Positions 43,021-55,049 of a stretch of 64,000 nucleotides of DNA are shown here, piece by piece. The position numbers were made by a program, and so were the translations under genes. Every line of letters begins with the position of its first letter. Positions within the stretch are counted from its first letter, which is position 1. The notes beneath the pieces are model-generated. The model was not told the DNA's origin. It saw nothing but the letters and a program-made list of their open reading frames with translations, and did no database searches. This DNA is from Hormiphora californensis. Taxonomy: Eukaryota; Animalia; Ctenophora. The stretch lies in assembly GCA_020137815.1 (NCBI GenBank), contig CM035355.1:7688001-7752000 (forward strand), read 5' to 3'.

Positions 43021-43451
43021 AGGACCCAGGAGGGAAGGGTGCATGTAGAAGAAGGACCCAGGAGGGAAAGGGTGAATAGGCAGGACCCAGGAGGGAGGGG
43101 TGTAGAAGCAGGACCAAGGAGGGAGGGGTGTAGAAGCAGGACCCAGGAGGGAGGGGTGTAGAAGCAGGACCCAGGAGGGAGGGAGATAGAAGCAGGACCC
43201 AGGAAGGAGGGGTGTAGAAGCAGGACCCAGGAAGGAGGGGTGTAGAAGCAGGACACTGGAGGGAAGGGTATAGAAACAGGACCCAGGAGGGAGGGGTGTA
43301 GAAGCAGGACCCAGGAGGGAGGGGTGTAGAAGCAGGACCTAGGAAGGAGGGGTGTAGAAGCAGGACACTGGAGGGAAGGGTATAGAAACAGGACCCAGGA
43401 GGGAGGGGTGTAGAAGCAGGACCCAGGAGGGAGGGGTGTAGAAGCAGGACC
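43021..43451. repeat. G-rich minisatellite, ~28-bp unit, ~15 copies
   Basis: Unit aggacccaggagggaggggtgtagaagc with variants. Confidence 0.92.
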
Positions 43452-43726
43452 TGCTAGCAGACAAGCTGAGAAAACCCACGATCAGATTATCAAATAACGC
43501 ATAATCTCACTGTTCCCCGTCATTCTCACGGCCCAAGGGGCAGCAGTCTTTCCCTTCAGTCTTCATTCAGAAGAGAGAACTCATAATTCGCGGATCGATT
43601 TTCGAAAAATAAAAATTCGTAAAAAAATTTTTTTCTAAAAGGGGGTTAAAATGGGATTAGATAACAATATCAATATGAAAATACCGGTCTCCCATGGGGG
43701 AGAAGATTAATAAATTACTGCATTGA

Positions 43727-46700
43727 TTAAAATTGATTAAATTTGGTAGAATTAAAAGTGTTATATAATAAGTTAATGTCATTGAGTTCGCTCTTATACT
43801 GCCTCGTTTTAGTGAACTTATTGCCTCTATGCCCTCTCAAACTAATGACAGTTGTTCTGAGCAGGGTGAAAGACAACCGCTGCCTAATGTAACGGATGGT
43901 GTCAGAGTAAGCCTGGTGTGTTTTGTCAGCAAGCAGCTTGGCAAGGCGCCTGTAGAATTTTTCTGCCTCGTTGCCCAGGGCACCAGTTACTGAAAACACG
44001 AGTGGGCAAAAACAACTCTGTTCAACCTCAAGGACACGTTCGTTATAGCAGCGTTTTTTCTCGTCCTCGTGTCGTTTCAGAGCTGTATCAAGAGGAATGG
44101 CACTGTTTGTGGGAGCCAATGGATTGAAGATGCGCACATCTGTGTAAATTTTGTCCATGGGAAGCCAAAAATCCCTGGCAGCAACATCAAGGCGAGCATC
44201 ATTTGCAGTGTTTGCTGATTTTAGCCGGAAGGTTTCGCCAGTGATTGGGAGAAGATGGGGTTCTCTTGAAACATCACGGCATCCCGCCTCTTTCAGCAGG
44301 TTTGCAGTAAGGTCCCGGATCTCATTATGCCGCAGCTGCACGTAACCACCAAGATGACAAGAGAGGCTGTGTTCAGTGGTGTTAGGTTTTCCACACGGAC
44401 AATTTGGTGGTCTACCCTCAAGTTCCAAGCAGTAGCGGAGGGACATGGAGTCCCAGAACTCCTGTTTGTTCAGATTGAACCTATGTTCCTTGAGGGGGAG
44501 AGATGTTACCCATATGGACGATCCTCGCCGTGTTCTCTCTTGGTGAAAACGCTGTTCGGTGGGTGGCAGTGCCTCTCTCACAAGCTCTTCAGCCTTGGTC
44601 TGGCTCAGCCGTTTGGTGGTCAACATCTCGGATTTCGCAGACACCAGATCCCGCTTCAGCAAATGCAAACTCTCTGAATCAAATTGTGTTTTCTGTCCGT
44701 TAATGATTTTGGAGAGTGGTGCAGTAGCTGCAGCAGAACTGGTGTATTCGAAATCCGCGATCTCGACGGGATTAAAGATTCCAAGGCCCCCGTGGCGGGC
44801 AGGGAGTGACAATAGCTTCCGATTGTTCGGTGTCAGTTGGTTGCTGATTGTTTTTGGGATGAAAGTGGATGATATGATGTCTTCCAGTGGCTGGAAGAGA
44901 CCAGAGATGTCCTTGGTAGTTCTCATAATAAACAACCACCGTTTGGAGAGTCCCATGATGTAAGCAGAGAATGATGGATGGGGCTCAGATGTTGAAAAAT
45001 CCGATAAGTCTGTAAGCTCCTGGGCCCACGTCTCAACCTGTTGACTGACGTACTGTTTCTTAAACTCGTCGGTACCTAGGGGAGCTCCGAGATATCTCTG
45101 TCCCTCTGATGTAATATGCACACCTGTGTCCTTGAAAATAGAGCTGGCAGTGTTCTCAAGCCCAGGTTTGACGATCAGCACAGACTTCTTTCCATTGGGG
45201 AAATAGCCTAATCCTGGGCCAACTTCGCACAGAATGTCCCACCACTTCCGCATAGCCAAGAGTTTCCCAACAGATGCACCGTCATCGGCACAGCGGGGGG
45301 AACTCAGGTTCTTCGTGCCAGCTGAGTTCTTCGAGCTCAGTCCCGTTGCCGTGGACCTGGTTGGCTGATGGTCCAGTGATTACGGTCAAATCACGCCGGC
45401 GCTCTCCCCAATCTTGGGGAGTAAACTTTGCCAGAGACCTTGCCGAACTCAACTATGGCACCGAGCTCTTGCAGTGCGGCTGGTCCCTGCTGGGATTTGG
45501 TTCGGCGGTCGATTGATGAGCGGTTGGTTGACGATTGATATCAGTCGTTGATCGATCGTTTGTCGGTCGGTCGTCGGACTGAGTTTTGGCGGGGATCCCG
45601 GTTGAACTGATAATCTCACCCCAGCCAGTAACCTTGTTACACATGGCAACCCCGCTATATACAGCAACCCCTGAGGGCTCTGCCCGTCGACCCGGCTGCT
45701 GTCGCCTGCAAAACAGCTCTCTTGCCCATGGCTGTCTTTAAGACAGGGCAGAGATAAACCCAGTAATAACCAAGTAGGGGCTGGTCGCCCCTGGGGAACC
45801 CCTGCCCAAATTTGCACCTAAAAACCTCTGCCTATTTAACCCCCACACCCTATTTGTTCCAAAAAACAGATCTAGACAAAACAGATCTAGACACTATCTT
45901 ACCCTACCACTACTCAAACGTAACGCGCGAAAACGCCATGGTGAACAAAGTCCGACCCAGGCCGAACAAACTGCGCGCACAGTTCCAAGCCCAAGTTCTA
46001 GACTCCTCAGACACACCCTACCCCCCCCCCCCTAATCCCAAGCTCCGCACATGCGTGATCTCCACACCTACAGCAAATCACCGAGCCTCAGACACGCACA
46101 CCCCAAAACAAGGCAAGTGACAAACCTACAAATCTGAAAGACCCTGTAGTAGTCAGGGAAAAGCCCATTACAGTTTGGGATACTTAAACAATGGTACCCT
46201 TATTCAAATAGCAGACACGCTTACACTGAGACCCCTCGCATTAATTACGCGAAGCCTTGAGTGAACTGATACTGGTCAAATGCACTCAGGGACAACCATA
46301 GACGTTGTTTTACAGCAACTAATCTATAACCTGGCCACCCGGCGATGGCAACATCGCCTGACCGGACCCTTGGGTCGTACTTGTGAATACATTACTAGCT
46401 AGCTTAGACTACAAGACCCTTGGTGTAAAGATAAGCATTTAATCCCTTGATAGGTAATCAATGATATCCGGCAAATCACCTACTTCCACAGTTGTCGTGA
46501 CAGTGGTAACCAAAGACCAACCAATTGGACGGTAAGTCCCATCACATGTCTGCGGGGAAGATTTCTCCGTGCCAAATCCGACACAGACTCGCATGCTCCT
46601 TTTGCGGTACCATAAAGAGACTGCTGGGAAACCAGTGGAATCTAAGTGGAATTATACCGACAGTGACCCTGCGTGTGGGGGTCATCTGGCAAGGAGTGAG

Positions 46701-48466
46701 GTCAGTAACGGGCCGGCTGAGGGGTCATCAATAACCTCAGCATGGGGTGGAACGACGGGAGGTACTGAACACACACACACACACACACCGTCATCGGCAA
46801 AGAAGATCTGTGCACAGTCTGCCTCGGAAAGGGCTGAGATGAGAGGATTCAGGCTGATGCAGTACCAGGGAGATGCAAGGTTGCAACCCTGAGTGGTGCC
46901 TTCACTACTCAGAATGAAAGTGCCATTCTGTAGGAAAAGTTTGGCAGGGGATCGGTAGATGTTGATCGTGAAGGTGGCGAGTGGGGGGCAGAGGTATCGG
47001 AGATTGACGAGAGCGGTTGCCCGATTAAGCACATTAAAGGCGTTGGTTGCATCCGCTAAGAGCACTCCCTCAGAGCCATCGTCATCAAACATGCTAGACA
47101 TGCTGTGGACGGCAGCCTCAATTCCACCCTGAAGACCAGAGGCAAGCTGCAGTGGCCCGGCTGCTTCAATGATGTCATTGTGTAGATGGCAGACAACAGT
47201 ACGCCCAATGATACGCCGGAGTATTTCCCCGATGCCGATGGGGCGGATACCCGGATTCTTGTTGAGGGCGATCAATCGACATGAGACCAAGGCAGAGATG
47301 GTGTGTGGGTTGATGAAAGAAGTGCAGAGGCGACGAGTCATTCTTGCCAAAGCATGGGCCAGGGCATCAGATTCGAGGTGGAAAGTTCTACTACACAACA
47401 TTCTCGCCCACAGTGCATCGGTCATTCCACTGGGACCTGCCCCTCCCTTGGTTGTGGCAGCTGATCTCCTGATTGATTCAGTGTCAATACTGTCAAACAG
47501 TGCTGGTTCAACACTGGGAGCTGGCAGGCGGGAGACTAAAAGGTCTCGGTTGAGTGGCTGGGCAGGGGGGTGTTTGGCACGGAGCCCCTCAATCACTTCA
47601 GGGGAGGGTGGGAGTGGTGCAGACGGAGAGGTGTTCAGCACACGGAGGGCCGCTGCAACTTTACCGTTCAACATGAGTCGAGAGAAGCTCTTCCGGGAGT
47701 TCTGATGGTTGCTACTCATAGGGATTTTGGATTGAATAGCTTTGCACTCCCTGACTAGGCTATCGAAGTCTCCCTCTCTCCACAGTTGTAGCCTTCTCCT
47801 GAGGGCCTCACATTCTTCAGAGGGCTTGGATCGTTTGCCTGGTTTCTGAAGGAGCAGGGCTCCCATCAGGTGGAGCGCTGTGATGGCAAATGGCTCCAGG
47901 GGTGAAGAGTTTGTCCAACCGTTAATCAGACGGGTTGCCTCGCTAATGAAGGCCTTTCCGGCTGCACCTGCTGGTAGTTTTTTAAAGAGATTTGGTTTCC
48001 AACTTGCAACAGTACAATGAATTTCATACAGAGTCTGGGGGAGGGTTAATTCTGAGTGTTCACCCCAGGAGTAGGGCCGGTGGGGCATAGGGGGGAAGTC
48101 TGGAATTTCTGAACAGTTGTGGCAGTGCCATGGGGCATCCTCATCTGAGGTAACCTTGTGGTACTCGTCTGGGGACAGTCCTGCACATCTGTGGTGGTAC
48201 CACCTATCACAATTAGTACATTGAATCCAATGAACCACTCCATTGAGTGAGCGCTTGGGTTCGTTGGAGTCATTGTAATTACTGCATGAAACACAAAGTT
48301 CAGAGGATTCATCAGAATTCACCGATATGGAGTGGGTTGAAGAAGAAGGGCAGGAGGATGGAAGGTTGGCGGAAGAACGGGATGGGGGAGGAGGAGCGAT
48401 GGACTGGTTGGATGGCGCTGGAGTCTTCTTGCGCTTGGACGTTTGCCGCTTCGTGCGTCCTGTCAT
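43727..48466 (-). CDS. CRE-like ORF, 1076 aa after removing the insertion and one TSD copy (48466-46786 joined to 45276-43727)
   Basis: PHD 'WIQCTNCDRWYHHRCAGL...WHCHNC'; RT 'IRPIGIGEILRR', 'DATNAFN', 'GTTQG', 'FADD', 'YLGAPLG'; CCHC knuckle 'CPCG...HSLSC'; 'RHN'; RLE 'RLDV...DVRI...EDEKKRCY'. The joined length is 3231 nt, in frame. Confidence 0.9.
45291..46785 (+). mobile_element. 1.5-kb non-coding retroposon with a (CA)n tail, nested in the CRE RT
   Basis: 14-bp TSD CACCGTCATCGGCA at 45277-45290 and 46786-46799; (AC)n tail ~46769-46785; no ORF with recognisable domains. Confidence 0.85.
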
Positions 48467-48520
48467 ACCAACGTGCCCGGACTGCCCCTCCTGGGCTGGC
48501 TCTACATCCTGAGGCGAAAT

Positions 48521-48566
48521 CTCAAATTAATTTGTTTAAAGTAGTGTTGAAAAGTTTGAAAAGCTC
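48521..48566 (-). other. Genomic copy of a ctenophore-type spliced-leader exon: GAGCTTTTCAAACTTTTCAACACTACTTTAAACAAATTAATTTGAG
   Basis: Matches the ctenophore SL as I recall it (...CAACACTACTTTAAACAAATTAATTTGAG). Followed by ATTTCG, not a GT donor, so it is not an SL RNA gene. Confidence 0.85.
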
Positions 48567-48962
48567 ATATGAAGAAAAGAGGAACACGACTGTGCGGGTG
48601 TACCATAGGTATATTGTGTTAGGACACGGAGAAAAGAGGTAGGGACACAAATCACAATAAAGAATGGCTGCATAATTCACCACTCCTGGTACACCACGCA
48701 CGTCCCTAGCGATTTATAAAAGTAAACACAGAAGTTTGAAAAGTAAAAAAATTCGTAAAAAAAATAAGTAAAAAAATTCGTGCTGAGCTTTTTACTCCGA
48801 GCGGCGCCGCGCGGTGCGATCCGAACACGCGCGGCTTGGAACGGCATCGCAAAATACATTTATTAAGCGCCCCGCAAAAATAATCGTTCGCGCGGCTTGA
48901 TCAAGCTCAGTGCTTTTTTTAGTTTTCGAAATTTTAAGCCCACAGTTTCGGTTTCCCGTTTC

Positions 48963-49495
48963 CAGGGCCCACGACACCGGGGGGGCCAGGGGGGGCCGGC
49001 CCCCTCTGGGATTTACCAAACATGGAAATTTTATTGAAATATTTCGTAGAGAATGTAAAAAATGCATGAAAATTAGTTGAAATTCTAAATTTTTCGGGGG
49101 GTTCGCCCCCTTTAAGGCATATATACAGGTTCTACGTGCCTCAAATCGGTTAAAAAGTCTAAATTTTTACCCCTTGACCATATTAGGAGCCTGTGGCCTC
49201 CAAACCCCCTACCGCTGCTCCTCCGGCGCCCCCTTCAAGGCATACAGGTTCTACGTAAACAGAAAGAAGGTGGAGATGGACTTCTAAATGCCTAAAATGT
49301 GTGAAAATCGGGTAAAAAGTCTAAAATTTTTCCGGGGGCTTCGCCCCCTAGACCCCATTGGGGGACTGCGGCCCCCAAACCCCCTGCCGCTGCTCCTCCG
49401 GCGCCGCTTCGCGGCACCGTCGTCGCGTGTGCATTTCAAAAATTACGGTGCTCCGCACCGGCCCCCCCTGGAAAAATTCCGTGTCGTGGGCCCTG
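48963..49495. mobile_element. MITE with 15-bp TIRs CAGGGCCCACGACAC
   Basis: cagggcccacgacac at 48963 and gtgtcgtgggccctg ending at 49495; GTTTC on both flanks (TSD length uncertain); internal subrepeats. Confidence 0.75.
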
Positions 49496-49805
49496 GTTTC
49501 GGTTTTTGAATGTTTCCGGTTTCGGTCTATCATTTGTCATTTGAGGCGCTGCGTTGTAACGCTACGCAGCCTCAAGTTTGTCTCTTCGTCGAGTTAAGTG
49601 CCTCGGCGAGCTTACGATTCGTATAAGCTCACACCGGGCCTTCGGCCCAGCGTGAGAGCCGACAGACTGGAAGCAATAAAGTATAAACATATATTGTAGC
49701 CATTACACAGTTTCTGGTGTTAAATTATATAGAAGCATGGGACAATAAGTGTAAAAATTTCAAACATCAGCAAAAATAAAAAGATAAACAACGGGAAGGA
49801 AATTA

Positions 49806-50917
49806 TCAAGCCTCAGTACTCTCTCTTCTAGATTCTAAGTTATTAGCCTGGCTGCCAAGTCTTCTCCGATTCGATAACTCTCGTTCCAACTTCTCGTAAT
49901 CTTTTGTAACCTTCAGAGTCTTTAAGACAAGCAAATCAAACACTAGACACGCTACCTGGACGGGTAGTAATATGAAACAGAGATATCGTATATAGTCTAA
50001 TCTTGCATTTATGTACTCCTTGTAACTATAGGAACATTCATCGTATTGGAGATTGTTCAACTTGTGATAGAGTGAGAAGTAGCAGCTGTCCACGGTGATC
50101 GAATCTCTAAAAGAGCAGCACGCCATTTGTTCGTGAACTAAATCCACTTGGTGCTTGTAACCAGAATCCTCGCTATACATCGCCAACCGAATCTTCTCAA
50201 TCTCAGTATCATTCAGCGCCACTGCACTCTCATTTAAACTGTTCATCCGGAATTTCTCGACTGCTGTATCGATTGCACCCTCAATGTCTACTCGTCTCAC
50301 CAGCGTTAGGGTACCCAGGAAAACCTCAAGGATAAGAGCTACAAATACCACCACAGCGTAGATCTTGAGTCCGGTGTCCTGGACCCGGTAACAGCCGTGT
50401 ATACCAAGCATTCCCTGGAGGGAGAGAGTGGGGTGTTACCGATATATGGAGCGGGGTTTATCACAATTCGAAACATAATAAGCTTCGACGGATATGGATC
50501 ATGTCCAGCCCTATAATCTAGCAATTATAATTGCTAGGTACTTTTTTAGTTTCCTTCCTATTCAATCACATCTTATCCAATTGATAGTACAAGTATTAGC
50601 TTACCATAAGTATGACTACAATTGCAGTTAAAAGCAAGACTCCGTACACCAATGATATCTGAAATAATGATAGTGTTATTATTGGGAGTGGAATCATAGA
50701 ATGTGTTACCATGACAACTCAGATACACCTGAACAACTCTAAATGCTGTTAGAATTACCTGTTCAGAGATGTCTAGTGGTAACGGTGAGGCGATTAAAGA
50801 CACACCCACCCCACACATAATTAGTCCCAGTGTGAGGTTGAGGATGTTGAAAAAGTGGAAAAATAATCGTAGTGTATCCGCCACCTTTATCCTCTTCTCC
50901 GCGGGCACGTGAGGCAT
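49806..50917 (-). CDS. Tetraspanin-like protein, 3 exons
   Basis: Four hydrophobic segments; 'FFNILNL' in TM1; 'LGIHGC' after TM2; large loop with 'QMACCS' (CCG-motif variant); GT-AG exons 50917-~50759, ~50658-50603, ~50414-49806. Confidence 0.8.
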
Positions 50918-52694
50918 CCTACTGCAAACACTAGATTGGACCTAAAAGTGGAGATAAAGTTTATAGATTTCAGCATAATACTTAGTTTAACATTCAACAA
51001 TTTGACCAATCAACGAACTGAACATCGTCACAATTGGTTAAAAAGAAAAGAAACACTTTGACAATTGACAGCAGTTTTATCGGCAATACATAAAATGACA
51101 AATTCTCCTGACTCCTCCCATTTCAGAGAAATAGCTTCGATAATGACATTATGACAAATTGGCCCCCTATAGAAATAAAAAAAGAAGAATTCAATCAAAA
51201 TGAAACATAACACTATTGCTGAGCACAGGAGTTGAGGACAGGATCATCTGGTGGATTCTTAGTACAGAATGATGATGATAATTATAATAGCTGACCCTCA
51301 ACAATATATATACCCTGGTTTGACAAATCATTGGGGGAGCTCGAATTGGGGGTGTAGTGAGCAAACTCATTATCATGATTAGCCGTGAGTAGAGAGCAAC
51401 GTGCTGTCAATGTAGCACAAAAGGGGGCAACTATACAGCCTATTCTATTGAACCAGCAGCAATCCTGTTAGTAGAGCTGCAGTGGTAGGGCTTTAGCTCC
51501 CAATCATATAGCAATTACGATTTTAGGGCCAGATCATCGCATGCCATTATACTCCTTCGAAGGATTACGAAGCGCAATCGAATGGTAAAATCACGTTTGC
51601 TTCACGATAAAGATTACAGAACCATAGATGCAAGAAATTCATAAACTCTGTCAACTGTCAAGATCCAGGGTATCTAAATGCAATATCAGGCGTGATATAT
51701 TAGTCTCTAGAGCGCTATAGCGAGTGGCGAACTCCGGCGCTGCATGCGGGAGAGGAGAGGGGAGAAGAGCTGTAGCTAGCCACCAAACGTGACTGATATA
51801 GAATACTGCATACCGATATTTCACAATGCTGAGAGCTCTAGTTCCTGACTCCTGACAGCTGCAGCGGGTGAACGAGCAGAAAGGGATTTGTCATGTTTTG
51901 CTACGAATCAAGGGACTATTTGCCCACCATTTAGAAAAATTGGGCCCCTGCCATGAACGTCCCCCTTGATTCTACAACCCTTCCGTGCACTGGAAGGAAC
52001 GCTGTTTCTGTATATGTGAAATAGTGCTTCATTTAAAGAACTGTTTACGGCAAACAATAATCTATACTAGCCACTAGGCTATTCCAAAAGCTCCACAACT
52101 CAAAAGCGCCCCAAAAATTTGAACAAACGAAACAGGAAGGAGAAGAGGGACTGATATAAAAAGACCAAGGAGGGGAGGGGAGGAGGAGGGAGGGAGGACA
52201 AATATAGTCAGCCTTAAGGCAGACTGAGGGGGAAGGAAACAAAACAAGCCCACAGGAAGGCTGCAGGGGACAGGAAAGGGAAAGGGGAGAGGGAGAGAGA
52301 GAAGAGAGAGAGGAGGTAGGAGGGAGAGGGGAAAAAGAGAGAGGATGAGTGAGAGAGAGGAGAGAGCGTGGGGAGAGAAGAGAGAGACGAGGAGAAGAGA
52401 GAAGAGAGAGGAGAGAGAGAGAAAAGAGAAGAGAGAGAGAGAAAAGGAGAGGGGCCCAGAGAGAGCAGAGAGAGAGGAGAGAGAGAGAGGAGAGAGGAAG
52501 GAGAGAGAGGAGAGAGAGCACTTGAAAGAAGGGGAAACCTCGGTGGGTCTTAACCGTAATCAGATTGGAAGAAATAGAAAGAGATCGGAAGAATTCTCTC
52601 TTCTCTTATTCTCTATTATCACTTCCTCTCTTTTTCTCTAGTAGTCTTGTCTGGTCTTGTATAGTTCATATATCTCTTCCTCTTTTCTCTCTCT

Positions 52695-52736
<42 letters not shown>

Positions 52737-53118
52737 CTCGGCCCTATCTCTCTATCTTATAGGTCAGGCTCGACTTTTGGGAAACTTTTGGGAGGATAAA
52801 TGATTAGAATTAAAAAAACAGACAATTAGTCTCCAATGCAACACTTTCCCCGAAGTTCCTAATGCAACAACTCTCCCCGAAGTTCCTAAAGAGGCACAAT
52901 GGGAGAAAAGTCAAAAGCAAAGTCCTTGACTCATGCACCACCTTCCTCTCTCTCTCTCTCTAGGCCAGGGAGGCTATTCACCTCGGTCATGTACTCATTC
53001 TTCACTGCATAATGCAAAGGGCACTGGATCGTGTGTATATTATGAGCGATAGAGAGGGAGAGATCCGTGTGCCCAAACAAAGACGTGTCAAGTCCCGGGA
53101 CTGACACTGTATAATTAC

Positions 53119-53211
53119 CAGGAACCGACCGAAACAAGTAAACCACCAATCAGAACTCGTTATTTAGGTCACGTGACTGGTTATTAGCCAATCAGGGGCC
53201 AGTATTTCCTG
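53119..53211. mobile_element. Copy of the CAGGAACCGACCGA MITE lacking the second TIR, with a 15-bp flanking duplication
   Basis: Same core as 3848-3956 in opposite orientation; ACACTGTATAATTAC at 53104-53118 and 53212-53226. Confidence 0.8.
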
Positions 53212-54110
53212 ACACTGTATAATTACGATCCCCCTGGGTGTAATAATCAAGTATCTTTATGAAATAACCATTACATCAGGGACATGGGTCGGGTCTACCG
53301 TCTGCCTTGTCTCACAAAAGACTACCCTCTCCAAACCGGGCCGAAAATCATGTCATGTAGTAGCTAGGACAACTGTGACCAAAGGTTCTATATCGCACTA
53401 CACGAGATCGATATAGAGGGAGCTAGTTATCAGCTACCAACCACCACATCATTACAACAGCTGCATTAATTTCTATCTTCTGATTACTGACCAACCCACC
53501 GTACCAACCCCCTCATCACCACCCTCTCATAATAATACACTCCTCATTTTGCAACAGATGTTCTTGATTTACTGCAGGTCACGGTGCAATGATTGTCAAA
53601 CAAACCGACACATTTAATATATCAAAAGTATCTTCTTACATAAAATTATTTCTTTTTATTTTACATCAATCAGTGCAATTATTGACAACAGTATTTACTA
53701 AAAAGGAAAATATGGGACCCGGATACTGTACTTATAGAGTGCAGATCATATACCTTCTATTCTGACCCTCTCCCCTTCCCTCTCGCTCTCTCTTGAGTCA
53801 AAGAGTCTTGACCCCCTCCACAAAACAAAGGCAAATGAGCACCAACAATGAACAGAGTTATACCCATAGTACCCGGCCATAAGCAGGGGAGAGCCGGATA
53901 CTAAGCAAGGCCGGGAGTAAAGACTTGTCTAAGTAAAAAGATATCTCAATCCTGGAGCGATGAATATAAATACACTCTGGCGTGTTTCACCAGGAGAATT
54001 CGGTACCCATGGAACATTTGGTGACAATGACACCTACACGTGATCGAGAGAGAAAGAGGGAATAGGGATCTATGGCACCAACTGGAACATAATAATGCTA
54101 TCTTGTATAA

Positions 54111-55049
54111 TAGTAGAGGCAATAATTACACTCACCTCCTCTGATTTCTATGAAACTTCTCCCATGCTAAGAGGTGGCAATAGAGGTTCAAATACCGCAG
54201 AGTTTAAGTCTGAACAATGTTCGGTTCGTTAATTATCGCTAATTGAAAAACGCCAAAATGGCCTAAAATCGCCCTAAGTTCCGAATTGAAATTTTGGAGT
54301 TGAGACTCAAGACTTCGTGGAGATGTCCGCTAGGATGACAATATGCACCAAAATCGGACGGAAGCCTAAATTCGTCCGAATTCGGTACGAAAAGCCGGGT
54401 AGACTGAATTTTGGTCACGTGACATGGGTCCAAAATCAGTTTTTTGCCATTTACGCCTTTCCTGTACGTCGGAGACAAAAAATATTGCCAATACTTGTCA
54501 TTTCCATCGCTTTCTGCATCTTTTAAGCCCCCTATAAATATTCCTTACTTCAACGGTTCAGTAGTTAGAGTTTTTCAGCAGACTAAATGACGTCACTTCT
54601 GAACCGTCGAAGTAAGGGATATTTATAGGGGGCTTAAAAGATGCAGAAAGCGATGGAAATGAAAAGTATTGACCATATTTTTTGTCTCCGACGTACAGGA
54701 AAGGCGTAAATGGCAAAAAACTGATTTTGGACCCATGTCACGTGACCAAAATTCAGTCTACCCGGCTTTTCGTACCGAATTCGGACGAATTTAGGCTTCC
54801 GTCCGATTTTGGTGCATATTGTCATCCTAGCGGACATCTCCACGAAGTCTTGAGTCTCAACTCCAAAATTTCAATTCGGAACTTAGGGCGATTTTAGGCC
54901 ATTTTGGCGTTTTTCAATTAGCGATAATTAACGAACCGAACATTGTTCAGACTTAAACTCTGCGGTATTTGAACCTCTATTGCCACCCCTTAGCATGGGA
55001 GAAGTTTCATAGAAATCAGAGGAGGTGAGTGTAATTATTGCCTCTACTA
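54111..55049. mobile_element. 939-bp foldback element (~450-bp inverted arms, ~30-bp spacer) with TAA TSD (PIF/Harbinger-like)
   Basis: TAGTAGAGGCAATAATTAC...GTAATTATTGCCTCTACTA; TAA at 54108-10 and 55050-52; mirror-image ORF pairs in the ORF track. Confidence 0.9.

Larger units (their letters stand above)
43680..48566 (-). mobile_element. CRE-like non-LTR retrotransposon (PHD finger, RT, restriction-like endonuclease) beginning with a spliced-leader exon
   Basis: Candidate 7-bp TSD ATATGAA at 43673-43679 and 48567-48573; SL at 48521-48566; single ORF split by a 1.5-kb insertion. Confidence 0.85.

Noticed and set aside
43560-43680. CRE element inserted into an SL RNA gene, as for SLACS or NeSL
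   Set aside because: The 3' flank has no SL remnant or GT donor that I can see, and the candidate TSD lies outside the SL.
49590-49670. Branched hairpin (gagctta/taagctc, gggcc/ggccc) as a ribozyme
   Set aside because: No hammerhead, HDV or twister core; more likely a terminal hairpin of a non-autonomous DNA element.
51850-53030. Ankyrin-like fragments on the minus strand ('CPLHYAVKNEY' at ~52982-53023; degraded 'NGG...PLIR' at ~51900)
   Set aside because: Too short and in error-prone sequence; no coherent gene model could be built.
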